Source: Tubulanus polymorphus
Lineage: Eukaryota; Animalia; Nemertea
Assembly: GCF_964204645.1 (NCBI RefSeq)
Contig: NC_134027.1
Coordinates: 25,692,560-25,756,559, forward strand
DNA length: 64,000 bases
Reading direction: 5' to 3'
Of the stretch, positions 52,342 to 64,000 are shown one piece after another. The stretch's first letter is position 1; every line of letters starts with the position of its first letter. The position numbers were made by a program, and so were the translations under genes. The notes beneath the pieces are model-generated. The model was given only the letters and a program-made list of their open reading frames with translations. It was not told the origin of the DNA and searched no databases.

Positions 52342-55300
52342 GTAAACCACTTGTATAAATGATGGTGTTGATATATGCGCTCATGTAACTGTGATTAGGT
52401 TTCAACCTTGTTATACATTTGTACAGTGTCAGCGCCTATTTATGCGAGATTTTTCATCCATCTCCGCCTTCACTGTGAACTATAACCGACCAAGAGCACT
52501 TCTTCTTTATTTTGCTCACGAAAATCTGATGCCTCGAAATTCGCGCTATGCCGATAATTGTGAAGATACGATGCATAACCTTCTTCTTTTTAGAAGAACA
52601 TTTTTCTCTGAGCTGAGAAAAAATGTTTCATTCACATCACGTATTTTGGTCAATGATCGGTATAAAAAAGATATTTGGGGTTTTTTTCTTTAAAAAGAAA
52701 CTGTATATGGCCGGTTCTTAACGTCCCGCTAACATCGGAACCGAATTTCCCAATTATGTACTTTCATGTAAACAAAAAATTCTGTAAACTCGACCGCCGA
52801 TCACACAACTATATCTGTACTTTGATTTCCGATTTCAAAATCAAAACCTTTGTATTATTCCCGGCTGGTGTGGTGGGTCTGTAAGGGACACCAAATCAAA
52901 ATAGCAAACGAAATCTACCAATCAAATAGATAACAACAGGGTCAATCCCTATTTCAAGTTCAAACATCAGAATTTTTTCCTGCAGTTGAAAGTTCGGCAT
53001 TCTCCATTCTGCTTATCCCGCTTTAAACGCGTATTTCTGTCAGAAAGTATGAACGAAAATTTTTTTCAAAGTTTTTTGTTTTACTAACTCGGTTTTTGCC
53101 CGAACTGTGAAAGTTGCAAAAATCGAAGTTGAGATTGATTCCTGCATTTGAAAGAAGTTGATAGATGTTCTACTATGTTGATCGGGGGTATATGAGGATA
53201 GAGTTTTAGGATGGTACTGATAGCTACAGCTGTATTCTCTTGTCATTTCATTTATTGCGATGAATGCTTACCTAACTTGTATAAATAAGTTTACTTGTTT
53301 CTGTTGGTATCAATCAAAGCTTGTTCTTACTGTAACTTGTACGGATATCACTGCCGGCAGATAGTTTCGTTTAAGAACTTAAGCAAATCGTCAAAACATT
53401 CAACTGAAGTTGAATCAACAAATCAACTCTACGGTATATACTCTAGATTTGAGTTCAGGGGTCGGAGTTTAAGGATGTGCAGTAACCCAGCTTTTCTGCA
53501 TTTCTCATTGGAATTTTTATTTAGATAAACTAAGGAACTGGGACCAGTTTCACGAAAAGTTTAAACCTAAAGCGGTTAAGTTTGAACTGTTGTCCTCTTT
53601 GAAAACATGAAGTAAACCAATGGCAATTACACCAACAAATTCAGTTAACCTTTTTTGTGAAACTGGGCCCTGGGCAGACTTAACTCCATTAGTGGTCTTA
53701 GATCCCAGGAATAGTCTTAAGTTAGATTGGCTATAGAAATAAGTTAGTCTTAGACTGGTCAGAATGAAACTGGCCCCAGTGTAATAAATCTGATGTGCTC
53801 CAGCACCCTATGTTCTGTTGGATATACTAATATTCGAGCCTTCTTGGTTGTAGGACTAGTTTTCATTACCATGATACCCATTTTTGGATGTGACTGGTCT
53901 TGATAGGCTACACAATGCTCCCTGTTCCCAAATTTCATTGGTCCAGTCCCACAGTTACGACCCAAGTCTAGAAGTGCTATTAAAAATCTTTGTATGATTA
54001 GCTATATAGAACTAAGATGGTCTTTTAGACTACGATTTTGAATCTAGGCCTCGACTGTGCAAGCCTCGCTTGCAACTTCTAGAAGCAAAACACTTTATTT
54101 ATTTAACATTTCTTTCCAATTGATGCTTATAGTATTTCTTATTCAATCTGTATAATTACATGTATCAGAAGACCTCCCTGGATAACTGTAAAGCTCGTTT
54201 GTAGCAGAAGCCAGCCAGAGTTGAATACGTCGTATTTTTGTAGCTAGCATTCATATTTGTTATAGTTCATCAACATATTTTTCTCTCTCTTTTCTTTTTA
54301 TATTCACTTCCAACACCTGACATTTAAAAATCACTTCTACCTGTATGGTTCACTAGTATTCGCGGTAAGGTGACAGGGCTTCAGGCAAACAGTTGTTTAA
54401 GCTCAATTTTCTTTCGCTTTTTCGCTTTCTTTCAATTTTCTTTTGCAAACTTTTCAATACGTTTTTAAAGGATGAAATTTATTTTTAGCTGTTGTGGTGG
54501 TTAAATGTAGTTCAAAAGCATTTTTCATGATGGATGGTTCATTGGGTTTTGAGCCAACGGTTCTTAAGCTAACTGTCCAATTAAGCTATACGGTCCAGCT
54601 CAAGGCCAATATTGCAAAAATGTGGCGTTAACAAGTTATATTTTGAAAGAGTAATAGCACTGGTCGTATTTTTTATTGCAGATGATTCAGTTCATCAAAC
54701 ACTTGTTATTATGTGAATTTCGTTAGGCCTATGATGTTACTGATCTAAGCTGTAAAATCTTTTAGAAAATGAAATATCTTCTTAGCTTTCATATATTTTG
54801 ACATGACCTGAAGTCATTAATATTCAGTAGCATGCGCATAACAGTATGTAAAATGACAGGTGAATCCTCGCTAAAATAGATCTGCAATTATTTAGGCATT
54901 TGGTAACAAGAAAACAAACTTAAAAGTTTATTGACACCTTTAAGAATTCGTATATTGCTTAATATTGTCAACAATTAATAATATAATATGAATTATATAA
55001 TATTAAGGATCAAGAAAGTTTTTTGGATTTGAATATATCGATAATTGAATTGAATTGACCGGCAACCAGTCCAGCCCCGATATATTGATCGACGTAATGC
55101 ACGTCCTCTCAAAAATAGTTATCAAGATTCATCAGATGTGGAATGTGTTTAATGAAAAAATAAACACCAAAATTCACAATTGTAATTGTTACTTCGAAAC
55201 GCCAATATTGATGATGTAGCGCACATCACACAGAACCCCTTAAGATAATGCAGTATCAATGTATATAAACATTATTATAACGGGTTTCACAGCGTCAGAA

Positions 55301-55602
55301 AATCAAGCTGTGTATATTGGTGATTGCTGTGAAGGAAAAAAATGCTCGGCACATTTTAAACCGGTCGTTTTAGCGAGAGATTAGGTTTACGTCTGTTAGC
55401 TGGAATGATACATGTTTATATCGAATTGAATTGCTTGTAAAAGGTTAGGTTCTGTAAGTGTTCAATTTCTCCTTATAGATTTATTTAATGCATCGAATAC
55501 TGATCACTATTTGTTTAAGATTATCGAGACAGAACTGGAAAGCAGACTCCTATACGCTGAATAATCGGAAATGTCGTATCAAAGTATAAGTCAACGGTAA
55601 TT

Positions 55603-56544
55603 TTAATTTCTAAAGCGGATTTTCATGCAGAAATATTCGCGAATTTCTCGTCCCAGTAAAAGATATATGTAGAAATTTACGACAAAGTTACACGCAAGAA
55701 AGTGAGTGGAAATATCATATAGAAAATTTCTCTGCTCCGGTGAGACCGGTAAAAATGAAATAAAAGTATTTGGAAGTGTAAATATTGCAAATGCTAGTGA
55801 AACTGTTACGAGCATTATTGTTGTACGTTTCGATTTTGTAGTTTTCTGATCGGACGAAACTATTTTTGAACCTCCAAATAACTGAATTATAATTACAGAA
55901 TTTGATATCACGATCAAACTTAGCGGTAGGAGGAAAACATAGGTTACATATGAGGAGAAAAATTTGATTTGGTCGAGTAATTCATAGTAACATCCGAAGA
56001 ACTGGTCAGTCGTATGTATCGATAAAGTTGGTAGAAGGTACAGGATCAGTGCACTCACTGCAGTAATTAACAATATAGCTAATCTAGCGAATCTAGGTGT
56101 ACATATCAAACGAGATGAGAACAGGAAGAGAACAACTGCCACACGTTCTATAGATATCGCTACTATTAACCATGTACTATAGCTGCACGCAAGTGTCATT
56201 GTAAATTCATATATTTGACAACTAATCACTGAATTCATCAAGAATATAGGATCATCTTTAACATGTAAAAGAACAAACTGCAAAACAGGCATCAGTGTAA
56301 AATTGATACAGAACGTGAAATCACTTACAGACAAAACGATAAGATAGTTTGCGTAAGATAAACTGCGGAATCTGTGACTTATCATTATCAGGAAAGTAGC
56401 TGAATTCCCGAAGGCTCCTAGGAGGAACAAGATAGTTAGAATGACCAATGTAACAGTACGGTAGATTCCAGACCTGTTTACGATAGACATAATAACAATG
56501 TAACTGTTGTAAGTTCGACCGATTTGGATCTGAGTAGAATTCAT
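55603..56544 (-). CDS. Intronless class A (rhodopsin-like) GPCR, peptide-receptor/chemoreceptor-like, copy 1
   Basis: 7 hydrophobic segments; GN in TM1, LSVSD, SIERV (DRY equivalent), ECL2 Cys, VNFYIY. Confidence 0.92.
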   Translation of the reverse strand: MNSTQIQIGRTYNSYIVIMSIVNRSGIYRTVTLVILTILFLLGAFGNSATFLIMISHRFRSLSYANYLIVLSVSDFTFCINFTLMPVLQFVLLHVKDDPIFLMNSVISCQIYEFTMTLACSYSTWLIVAISIERVAVVLFLFSSRLICTPRFARLAILLITAVSALILYLLPTLSIHTTDQFFGCYYELLDQIKFFSSYVTYVFLLPLSLIVISNSVIIIQLFGGSKIVSSDQKTTKSKRTTIMLVTVSLAFAIFTLPNTFISFLPVSPEQRNFLYDISTHFLACNFVVNFYIYLLLGREIREYFCMKIRFRN

Positions 56545-57977
56545 GATTGCTGATGATGAAATGAGAGTGTTCGAGAGCTACAAGCAATCATCTTGCTCGT
56601 AGCTGAGAGTGTACCAACTATCCCATAGTGTACTACTATCTGAGAGTGTCCTGACTGTCTGAAAGTGCGAGTGTCTGAGAGTGTCCTGTCTGAGCGTGCA
56701 CCGACTATCTGAGTGTCCTGACTGTCTGAGTGTTCACTGAATGTCTGAGAATGTTCTGGAACTGACCGAGTCTTCTCACATATTGGAAAATTAATTTACT
56801 ATAAAGATATCACTAAGTCTATTATATATGTATATTTACAGCTACAATCCATTTGTAAAATGTATTGTTAACTGTAAATAGAAAATGAATTCTCAGAAAT
56901 CTAACACAATTTACTCAGATTTTGTGACTGTTTATTATCGTGTAGAATATAAATGCAACTAGATTAAAAATGAATATTCGTTGTACAAGAATTCATTGTA
57001 AATGGTGTAATATATGTTATAGTAAAACATCTGAACAGGTTGGAAAATGTCTATCAGTTCCATACAGGGCAAACACAGCATCAGTTCATCATTCAAATAC
57101 ATAAATACACTGGACAGTAGCCAGGAATACTCAAGGCAGTTCTCATTCTTAGAATATAATCTTTCCATTTCATCAAAAAGCCGACATTTCATTAATATTC
57201 AGTCATTAATATTCAGTAGCATGCGCATAACAGTATGTAAAATGACAGGTGAATCCTCACTAAAATAGATCTGCAATTATTTAGGCATTTGGTAACAAGA
57301 AAACAAACTTATTGACACCTTAGAAAAAGTACATGTATATTGCCAAATATTGTCAACAATTAATAATATAATATGAATTATGTAATATCAAGGATGAAGA
57401 AATATTTTTTTGGATTTGAATATATCGATAATTGAATTGAATTGACCGGCAAACAGTCCAGCCTCGATATATTGATCGACGTAATGCACGTCCTCTCAAA
57501 AATAGTTATCAAGATTCATCAGATATGAAATGTGTTTAATAAAAAAATAAACACCAAAATTCACAATTGTAATTGTTATTTTGAAACGCCAATATTGATG
57601 ATGTAGCGCACATCACACAGAACCCCTTAAGATAATGCAGTATCAATGTATTTAAACATTATTATAACGGTTTTAACAGCGTCAAAAAATCAAGCTGTGT
57701 ATATTGGTAATTGCTGTGAAGGAAAATAAAAGCACGGCACATTTTAAACCGGTCGTTTTAGCAAAGGATTAGGTTTACGTCTGTTAGCTGGAATGATACA
57801 TGTTTATATCGAATTGAATTGCTTGTAAAATGGTAGGTTCTGTAAGTGTTCAATTTCTCCTTATAGATTAGATCGAATACTGATCACTATTTGTTTAAGA
57901 TTATCGAGACAGAACTGGAAAGCAGACTCCTTTATACTGAATAATCGGAAATGTCGTATCAAAGTTTAAGTCAACAG

Positions 57978-58928
57978 TTATTTGACTGAATTTCTACAGC
58001 GGATTTTCATGCAGAAATATTCGCGAATTTCTCGTCCCAGTAAAAGATATATATAGAAATTTACGACAAAGTTACACGTAACAAAGTGAGTGGAAATGTC
58101 ATATAGAAAATTTCTCTGCTCCGGTGAGACCGGTAAAAATGAAATGAAAGTATTTGGAATTGTAAATATTGCAAATGCTAGTGAAACTGTTACGAGCATT
58201 ATTGTCGTACGTTTCGATTTTGTAGTTTTCTGGTCGGACGAAACCAGTTTCGAACCTCTGAATAACTGAATTATTATAACAGAATTCGATATCATGATCA
58301 AAATTAGCGGTAGGACAAACACGTAGACTACGATTAAGCCGAAATAGAATATTTGGTCGCATAATGTGTGGTAACATCCGAAAAACTGGTCAGTCGTATG
58401 TATCGAAAAAGTAGGAATAAGGTTTAGAACTAGTGCATTTACCGCAATAATTATCAATATAGCAAACCTAGCGAATCTCGGTGTACATATCAAACGAGAT
58501 GAGAACGGGAAGAGCACAACTGCCGCTCGCTCCAGAGTTATCGCTACTATCAACCACGAACTATTGCTGCACGCGAGTGTCATTGTAAATTCATATATTT
58601 GACAACTAATCACTGAATTCATCAAGAATATAGGATCATCTTTAACATGTAAAAGAACAAACTGTAAAACAGGCATCAGTGTGAAATTGATACAGAACGT
58701 GAAATCACTGAGACACAAAATGATCAGATAGTTCGCGTAAGATAAACTGCGGAATCTGTGACTTATCATTATTAGGAAAGTAGTCGAATTTCCAAAGGCT
58801 CCAAACAGGAATAAGATAGGCAGAATGATCAGTGTCACAGTACGGTAGATTCCAGACCTGTTCACCACGGACATGATAACCATGTAACTGTTATAAGTTC
58901 GACCGATTTGCATCTGAGTAGAATTCAT
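57978..58928 (-). CDS. Intronless class A GPCR, copy 2 (tandem paralog)
   Basis: Near-identical paralog of 55603-56544; TLERA and VNFYIY motifs. Confidence 0.92.
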   Translation of the reverse strand: MNSTQMQIGRTYNSYMVIMSVVNRSGIYRTVTLIILPILFLFGAFGNSTTFLIMISHRFRSLSYANYLIILCLSDFTFCINFTLMPVLQFVLLHVKDDPIFLMNSVISCQIYEFTMTLACSNSSWLIVAITLERAAVVLFPFSSRLICTPRFARFAILIIIAVNALVLNLIPTFSIHTTDQFFGCYHTLCDQIFYFGLIVVYVFVLPLILIMISNSVIIIQLFRGSKLVSSDQKTTKSKRTTIMLVTVSLAFAIFTIPNTFISFLPVSPEQRNFLYDISTHFVTCNFVVNFYIYLLLGREIREYFCMKIRCRNSVK

Positions 58929-59017
58929 GACTCCTGATGATCAAATGAGAGTGTTCGAGAGCTACAAGCAATAATCTTGCTCGTAGCTGAGAGTGTACCA
59001 ACTATCCCATAGTGTAC

Positions 59018-59240
59018 TACTATCTGAGAGTGTCCTGACTGTCTGAAAGTGCGAGTGTCTGAGAGTGTCCTGTCTGAGCGTGCACCGACTATCTGAGAGT
59101 GTCCTGACTGTCTGAAAGTGCGAGTGTCTGAGAGTGTCCTGTCTGAGCGTGCACCGACTATCTGAGAGTGTCCTGACTGTCTGAAAGTGCGAGTGTCTGA
59201 GAGTGTCCTGTCTGAGAGTGCACCGACTATCTGAGTGTCC
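59018..59240. repeat. 69-bp minisatellite upstream of GPCR copy 2 (3 units; ~1 unit in copy 1)
   Basis: actatctgagagtgtcctgactgtctgaaagtgcgag... repeated. Confidence 0.9.
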
Positions 59241-59714
59241 TGACTCTGAGTGTGCACTGAATGTCTGAGAATGTTCTGGAACTGACAGGGTCTTCTCACA
59301 TATCGGAAAATTAATTTACTATAAAGATATCACTAAGTCTATTATATATGTATATTTATAGCTACAATCCATTTGTAAAATGTATTGTTAACTGTAAATA
59401 TAAAATGAATTCTCAGAAATCTAACGCAATTTACTCAGATTTTGTGACTGTTTATTATTGTGTAGAATATAAATGCAACTAGATTAAAAATGAATATTCG
59501 TTGTACAAGAATTCATTGTAAATGGTGGAATATATGTTATAGTAAAACATCTGAACAGGTTGGAAAATGTCTATCAGTTCCATACAGGGCAAACACAGCA
59601 TCAGTTCTTCATTCAAATACATGAATACACTGGACAGTAACCGGGAATACTTAAGGCAGTTCTCATTCTTAGAATAAAATATTTCCATTTCATCAATAAG
59701 CCAACAACATGGAA

Positions 59715-59785
59715 CAGGAACTTGGGATTTGAACCGTGCCTCTCGCCAGTCAGCTTTGTATCTACCCACTCGACCACCGAGTTCT
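59715..59785 (-). mobile_element. tRNA-like (SINE-type) Pol III A/B box remnant
   Basis: Minus strand TGGTCGAGTGG ... GGTTCAAATCC; no convincing cloverleaf. Confidence 0.4.
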
Positions 59786-60189
59786 GGTGGTTTTCTCTGT
59801 AAGTTTGTCTGGTCAGTGTGGCGATCGAGTTAGCCGTGGTGACCAGTCAGGTGTGGTGACTCTATTCACACCCGCTATCAATCACTGATTTCATCGGTCT
59901 CATTCAGGGCGTTGTCAGGAGTTTTCAAGAAGTACAATGTTTGTAGCTGATGATGTCATACTTCCAATTCGTTTGCCTATTGCGAAAAATTTCCGTAAAA
60001 CATGTGGCACACTTTATACCTATAAGGTCCTTAGATCAGGTTTTTTCAACAGAGGGGTCATATAGTGTCTATTTTACGATCTGAAAATTTCTTATAAACC
60101 TGATCTTGAATTTTAGTGAAATAGAAAAAAATATGCCAAAATCTAAGCAAATTGCTGTTTTTTGTACATATATATTGCTTATGAACTCA

Positions 60190-60865
60190 AACCCACTCAA
60201 ACTCACTGGAACTAGATTGAGAGTCAAATTAAGCCCACACAACTGGAACTGGATTCGGAGTCAAACCCACACAACTGTGGAACTAGGTTGAGAGTCAAAC
60301 CCTCACAACTGTGGAGGTTAAGAGTCTAATTAAGCCCACACAACTGGAACTGGATTCGGAGTCAAACCCACACAACTGTGGAACTAGGTTGAGAGTCAAA
60401 CCCTCACAACTGTAGATATTAAGAGTCAAATTAAACCCACACAACTGTGGAACTAGGTTGAGAGTCAAACCCACACAACTGTGGAGGTTAAGGGTCAATT
60501 AAACCCACACAACTGTGGAACTGGATCCAGAGTCAACTTAAACCCACAGAACTGTGGAACTGGATCCAGAGTCAAATTAAACCTACACAACTGTGGAACT
60601 AAGTTGAGAGTCAAACCCACACAACTGTGGAGGTTAAGAGTCAATTAAACCCACACAACTGTGGAACTGGATCCAGAGTCAACTTAAACCCACACAACTG
60701 TGGAACTGGATCCAGAGTCAACTTAAACCCACAGAATTGTGGAACTGGATCCAGAGTCAACTTAAACCCACAGAATTGTGGAACTGGATCCAGAGTCAAA
60801 TTAAACCCACAGAATTGTGGAACTGGATCCTGAGTCCAATTAAACCCACACAACTGTGGAACAGA
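60190..60865. repeat. ~39-bp minisatellite; an inverted-orientation array of the same family lies at 51945-52135
   Basis: aaacccacacaactgtggaactggatccagagtc units. Confidence 0.95.
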
Positions 60866-62765
60866 ATTGATAGTCACACCTGTGAGATTGGGTTGAAGTA
60901 CTGAGGGAACTGTTTAATACACATGTATTAACTATAGTTTCACGGAGTCTGATGATTAAATTCAGTCAGTGTTTTCTGTATTGGTTGATGTATACACGTA
61001 CACAACTCGGTTGGATGCCAATAAACTCTGTTGGACTCAGAACACGATCCAAATCTTCACAAATGTTCTCTCTCTATTTTTAGTTTTCAATCAGCTATTT
61101 CAAGTTACTGATGTTATATTCTCGTTCATTAGAGCTTTCATCAACTCTACTCCTTCTTCTCTTCCTCTTCCTGCTCCTCCTCTCTAGTTTTCCCCGGGTG
61201 CATTTTTTCATTTTCTTCGTCATTCATTTGTTTGCACTTTTATCGTGGAGCGAAAAGGAAAAAATCCCGAGTTCTTGTTTTGAATTGACCGTGTTAATCC
61301 TGAAAAGGAGCATCAGAATTTTGAGTTGTAAGCTGAGGTCACACGAGTGTATTTGACTCGGGACATATATCTGTTTGACATGGGCTAAGTTTGGCCCTCC
61401 CAAAAACATTGCACCAGAGATCTGTGCCAAATTTTAGTACCGGTCTAATCATTGTGTGTAAATTACTAACTGATTGTGGAAATGACTCACCTCACTTGCC
61501 ACAGCATCATTTTGATAGCATTTTAATAACGAGTGAGTGATTTACGTTTGAAAGCGCTCTCTATTTAAGCATGGGCCAAATTTGACTCTGACCTGCATAG
61601 AAAATCTGGATGAAAGTTCATTGAAAATGAAGTAGGTTTTGACGAAGTTGTCTTATTGAAATGCATACCATAGCATAGCATAGCTGGGATAGCTGGTGGC
61701 ATACATGCAGGGTTATCTTTACTCAATGAAATATTCTAATAAAACACTAGTATTTAGTGATGATTTTCCTGGTTTGATATTTCAGCATTTTCCTGTAATA
61801 TGCTGTAAACGTTTCTACTAATGTTCTTGATTACCTATAGATGGCGTCCTGGTTATAACTGCTGCTGCTTCCACCGTCTGTTGGTATCTGCGGTATTTCA
61901 GAGGGCATCAGCCGCGGTGGCGGCGGGAGGAAGAGAGAGAGAACCGTTCAGGGTCGTGTTGATTTAACGAGCTGTTATATAAACTCACTTCATCAACACC
62001 GAGCAGTGGGATCTTCTGTAAACATCGGTATAAGACGATACCCCTCAACCTCATCAGAGGTTTAATTCGCTTCCCTGATGCACAGTTTGAGATAACCCCA
62101 TCACTTCACCTGAGATTTTAATTCATTTCCCTGATGAATCCCAGTTTGATGAATCTGTTTAATTATTGTTCCATTGGCTTGAAAAATGATAACGACACTA
62201 ACCTCATTAACCTTAGAGAACCCTCGAATAGATTTCCATTTCTGAACAAAAACAAGGAACTTATAATCAACAAAATGATAATAATGCAGGGCTGTTGTGT
62301 CAGGAATGTGTGAAGCTTATTTCTAGCGCCAGGGAACTTTGGATGTCCATATCCGTGCGAACCCAGGGATTCATAGTGGAAAGTGATGTTATTGAAGTAC
62401 ATGCAGTGTTAATATATGCTGTTGTGTTGTAATCTTTATCCAAAACTTGTAGACATGTGAAATGTATGTGATGAATAAGAAATTGGAAGAGTGTTGATAG
62501 AAAATCAGATATTCGTGCACACTACTTCTAAAAGTCAAGCAGTAGTATTTGTGGGGAAATATGATAGATTCAATAATGCAAATTCTGTAAACTTGATGAT
62601 TTCAGTAGGAACAATATTTTTCAAATTGATACTATTGACAATGGGCAGCTTAGCAAAATTCAAACAAATTGAACAGGGAGATGATTCTAAATTAAATTTA
62701 AGACTCATTCACGAATTCATTCAAATGTATCGCAATAGAATAATCAGCTGCTTACAGTTTATGAG

Positions 62766-63833
62766 ATGTTCAGTCACAACATTACTAGCACAACTACCGC
62801 AATGACAACATCTCAACTCAACCGGTGTCAGAGTTACCAAACTCATCCTGTTCAGTGGATGAACAAATTGTATGTTTTAACATATTTATGCTGGTATCTA
62901 CCGGCGTCAGTGCTGGGTTTAGTATTCAACGCATTCACGTTGTTAGTTCTAAAACAGTTTAAATCTGATAATTATTTTCTCATCAAAATTCTCGCCGTAG
63001 AAGATCTTTTGTTTATGATCGCTACATTCATTCTGTTTCCGCTGAGAACTGCGTACGTTTACACCGTTTTGGGAGATCTTGTATTTCGCACGAGTGACTG
63101 GAATTTCGGTTGGATTTTCATCTCAGTCGCCTTGCCATTTTTCTACATATTTCAGATGACTCGTAACTGGTGCACTGTACTGCTCAGTTTAGAGCGGTTA
63201 ATCGTCGTATTGTTTCCGATAAAATCTCGTAAAATTCCCAAGAAGTTAATATCAGTTTGGGCGGTGGCGTTCATTTCACTGTTAAGTTTTTGTGGTCATT
63301 TTTCCCAAATAATACCAGAAAAAAAACTTGTGTTTATGAAATGTCCTGCCAATTGGCCGTATATTGTGATCCGGGGTGAAAAATATCAATATTGGAACAA
63401 CAATTTATACGCATGGCGCTTTAGAGTTTCTGAGATTTTTCTTTTCATGTATCTTACTGTCATGATCCCAATTTGCTTTTTAGTTGTCATAAATTTTATC
63501 CTCATATTGGTGACATTTTACCGTCGGGTTACTCGACGTTCAGAGCTTGGTATAACTGATGAATCATCTAGAAGAGAAATGCGGGTTTTAAGGATGGTTT
63601 TATCGGTTGTTCTAGTGTTTATTATTTGTGAAGGTTTTGGTTTTCTTGATCGTTTGGGAATTCTCCATAAATTTAAGGATATACCCGTAAGACTGATAGC
63701 GTTGGGATTTTCTATCATTGATTCATCAGTAAATTTTATTGTGTATTGCGCGACAAATGACAAATTCCGGAAAGCAGCTTTTGACATTCTAAACTCAATA
63801 CTCGGTAACTATGCAAATAAAATGACTGGCTAA
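62766..63833 (+). CDS. Intronless class A GPCR, FMRFamide-receptor/srw-like
   Basis: LAVED, SLERLIVVLFP, VFIICE, SSVNFIVY..NDKFR motifs; N-glycosylation sequon in the N-terminus. Confidence 0.92.
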   Translation: MFSHNITSTTTAMTTSQLNRCQSYQTHPVQWMNKLYVLTYLCWYLPASVLGLVFNAFTLLVLKQFKSDNYFLIKILAVEDLLFMIATFILFPLRTAYVYTVLGDLVFRTSDWNFGWIFISVALPFFYIFQMTRNWCTVLLSLERLIVVLFPIKSRKIPKKLISVWAVAFISLLSFCGHFSQIIPEKKLVFMKCPANWPYIVIRGEKYQYWNNNLYAWRFRVSEIFLFMYLTVMIPICFLVVINFILILVTFYRRVTRRSELGITDESSRREMRVLRMVLSVVLVFIICEGFGFLDRLGILHKFKDIPVRLIALGFSIIDSSVNFIVYCATNDKFRKAAFDILNSILGNYANKMTG

Positions 63834-64000
63834 TGTCACCAATGATCATGTAGAAATCAGCCGAGCTTCAGGAGACTGTTTTAACATTTCTGTACATCAC
63901 TGAATTCTGCACATCATTAAATGATATGAATGTTAGCTAGAATAAAACACAACACCAATTGACAAGCAACCCATCAACTAGAGAGAGCGAATAATCATCA

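Larger units (their letters stand above)
54812..59705. repeat. Tandem segmental duplication (~2.4-kb unit, x2) carrying the GPCR
   Basis: Units start agtcattaatattcagtagc at 54812 and 57201; flanking non-coding sequence is collinear and highly similar. Confidence 0.95.

Noticed and set aside
58925-59299. 124-aa ORF upstream of the GPCR
   Set aside because: Translation of the 69-bp repeat; not maintained in the paralogous unit.
60190-60865. CRISPR-like regularly spaced repeats (also at 51945-52135)
   Set aside because: No unique spacers, eukaryotic context and no cas genes; ordinary minisatellite. ORFs 51677-52204 and 60627-60877 are its translations.

Overview
AT-rich, intron-containing eukaryotic DNA, most likely a lophotrochozoan-type invertebrate (inferred from the PMCA sequence and the intronless srw/FMRFamide-receptor-like GPCRs). 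About 264-43.6k on the + strand is the 3' part of a plasma-membrane Ca2+-ATPase (PMCA/ATP2B) gene: 15 apparently constitutive exons with consistent splice phases. Candidate microexons lie in the 14-kb splice-site-A intron, and there is a 36-nt cassette in the N domain. After the calmodulin-binding splice site C there is an array of at least three, probably four or more, alternative terminal exons, two of them clear duplicates, most missed by the ORF track. Next come a convergent 5-exon CUB-LDLa gene with a GPI-like tail (44114-46547, -), a signal-peptide exon of an unknown + strand gene (52214), two tandemly duplicated intronless GPCRs (-) and a third intronless GPCR (+). Many MITEs, minisatellites and microsatellites are interspersed. 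Exon calls rest on manual reading of splice signals and frame; the alternative exons need RNA-seq confirmation.
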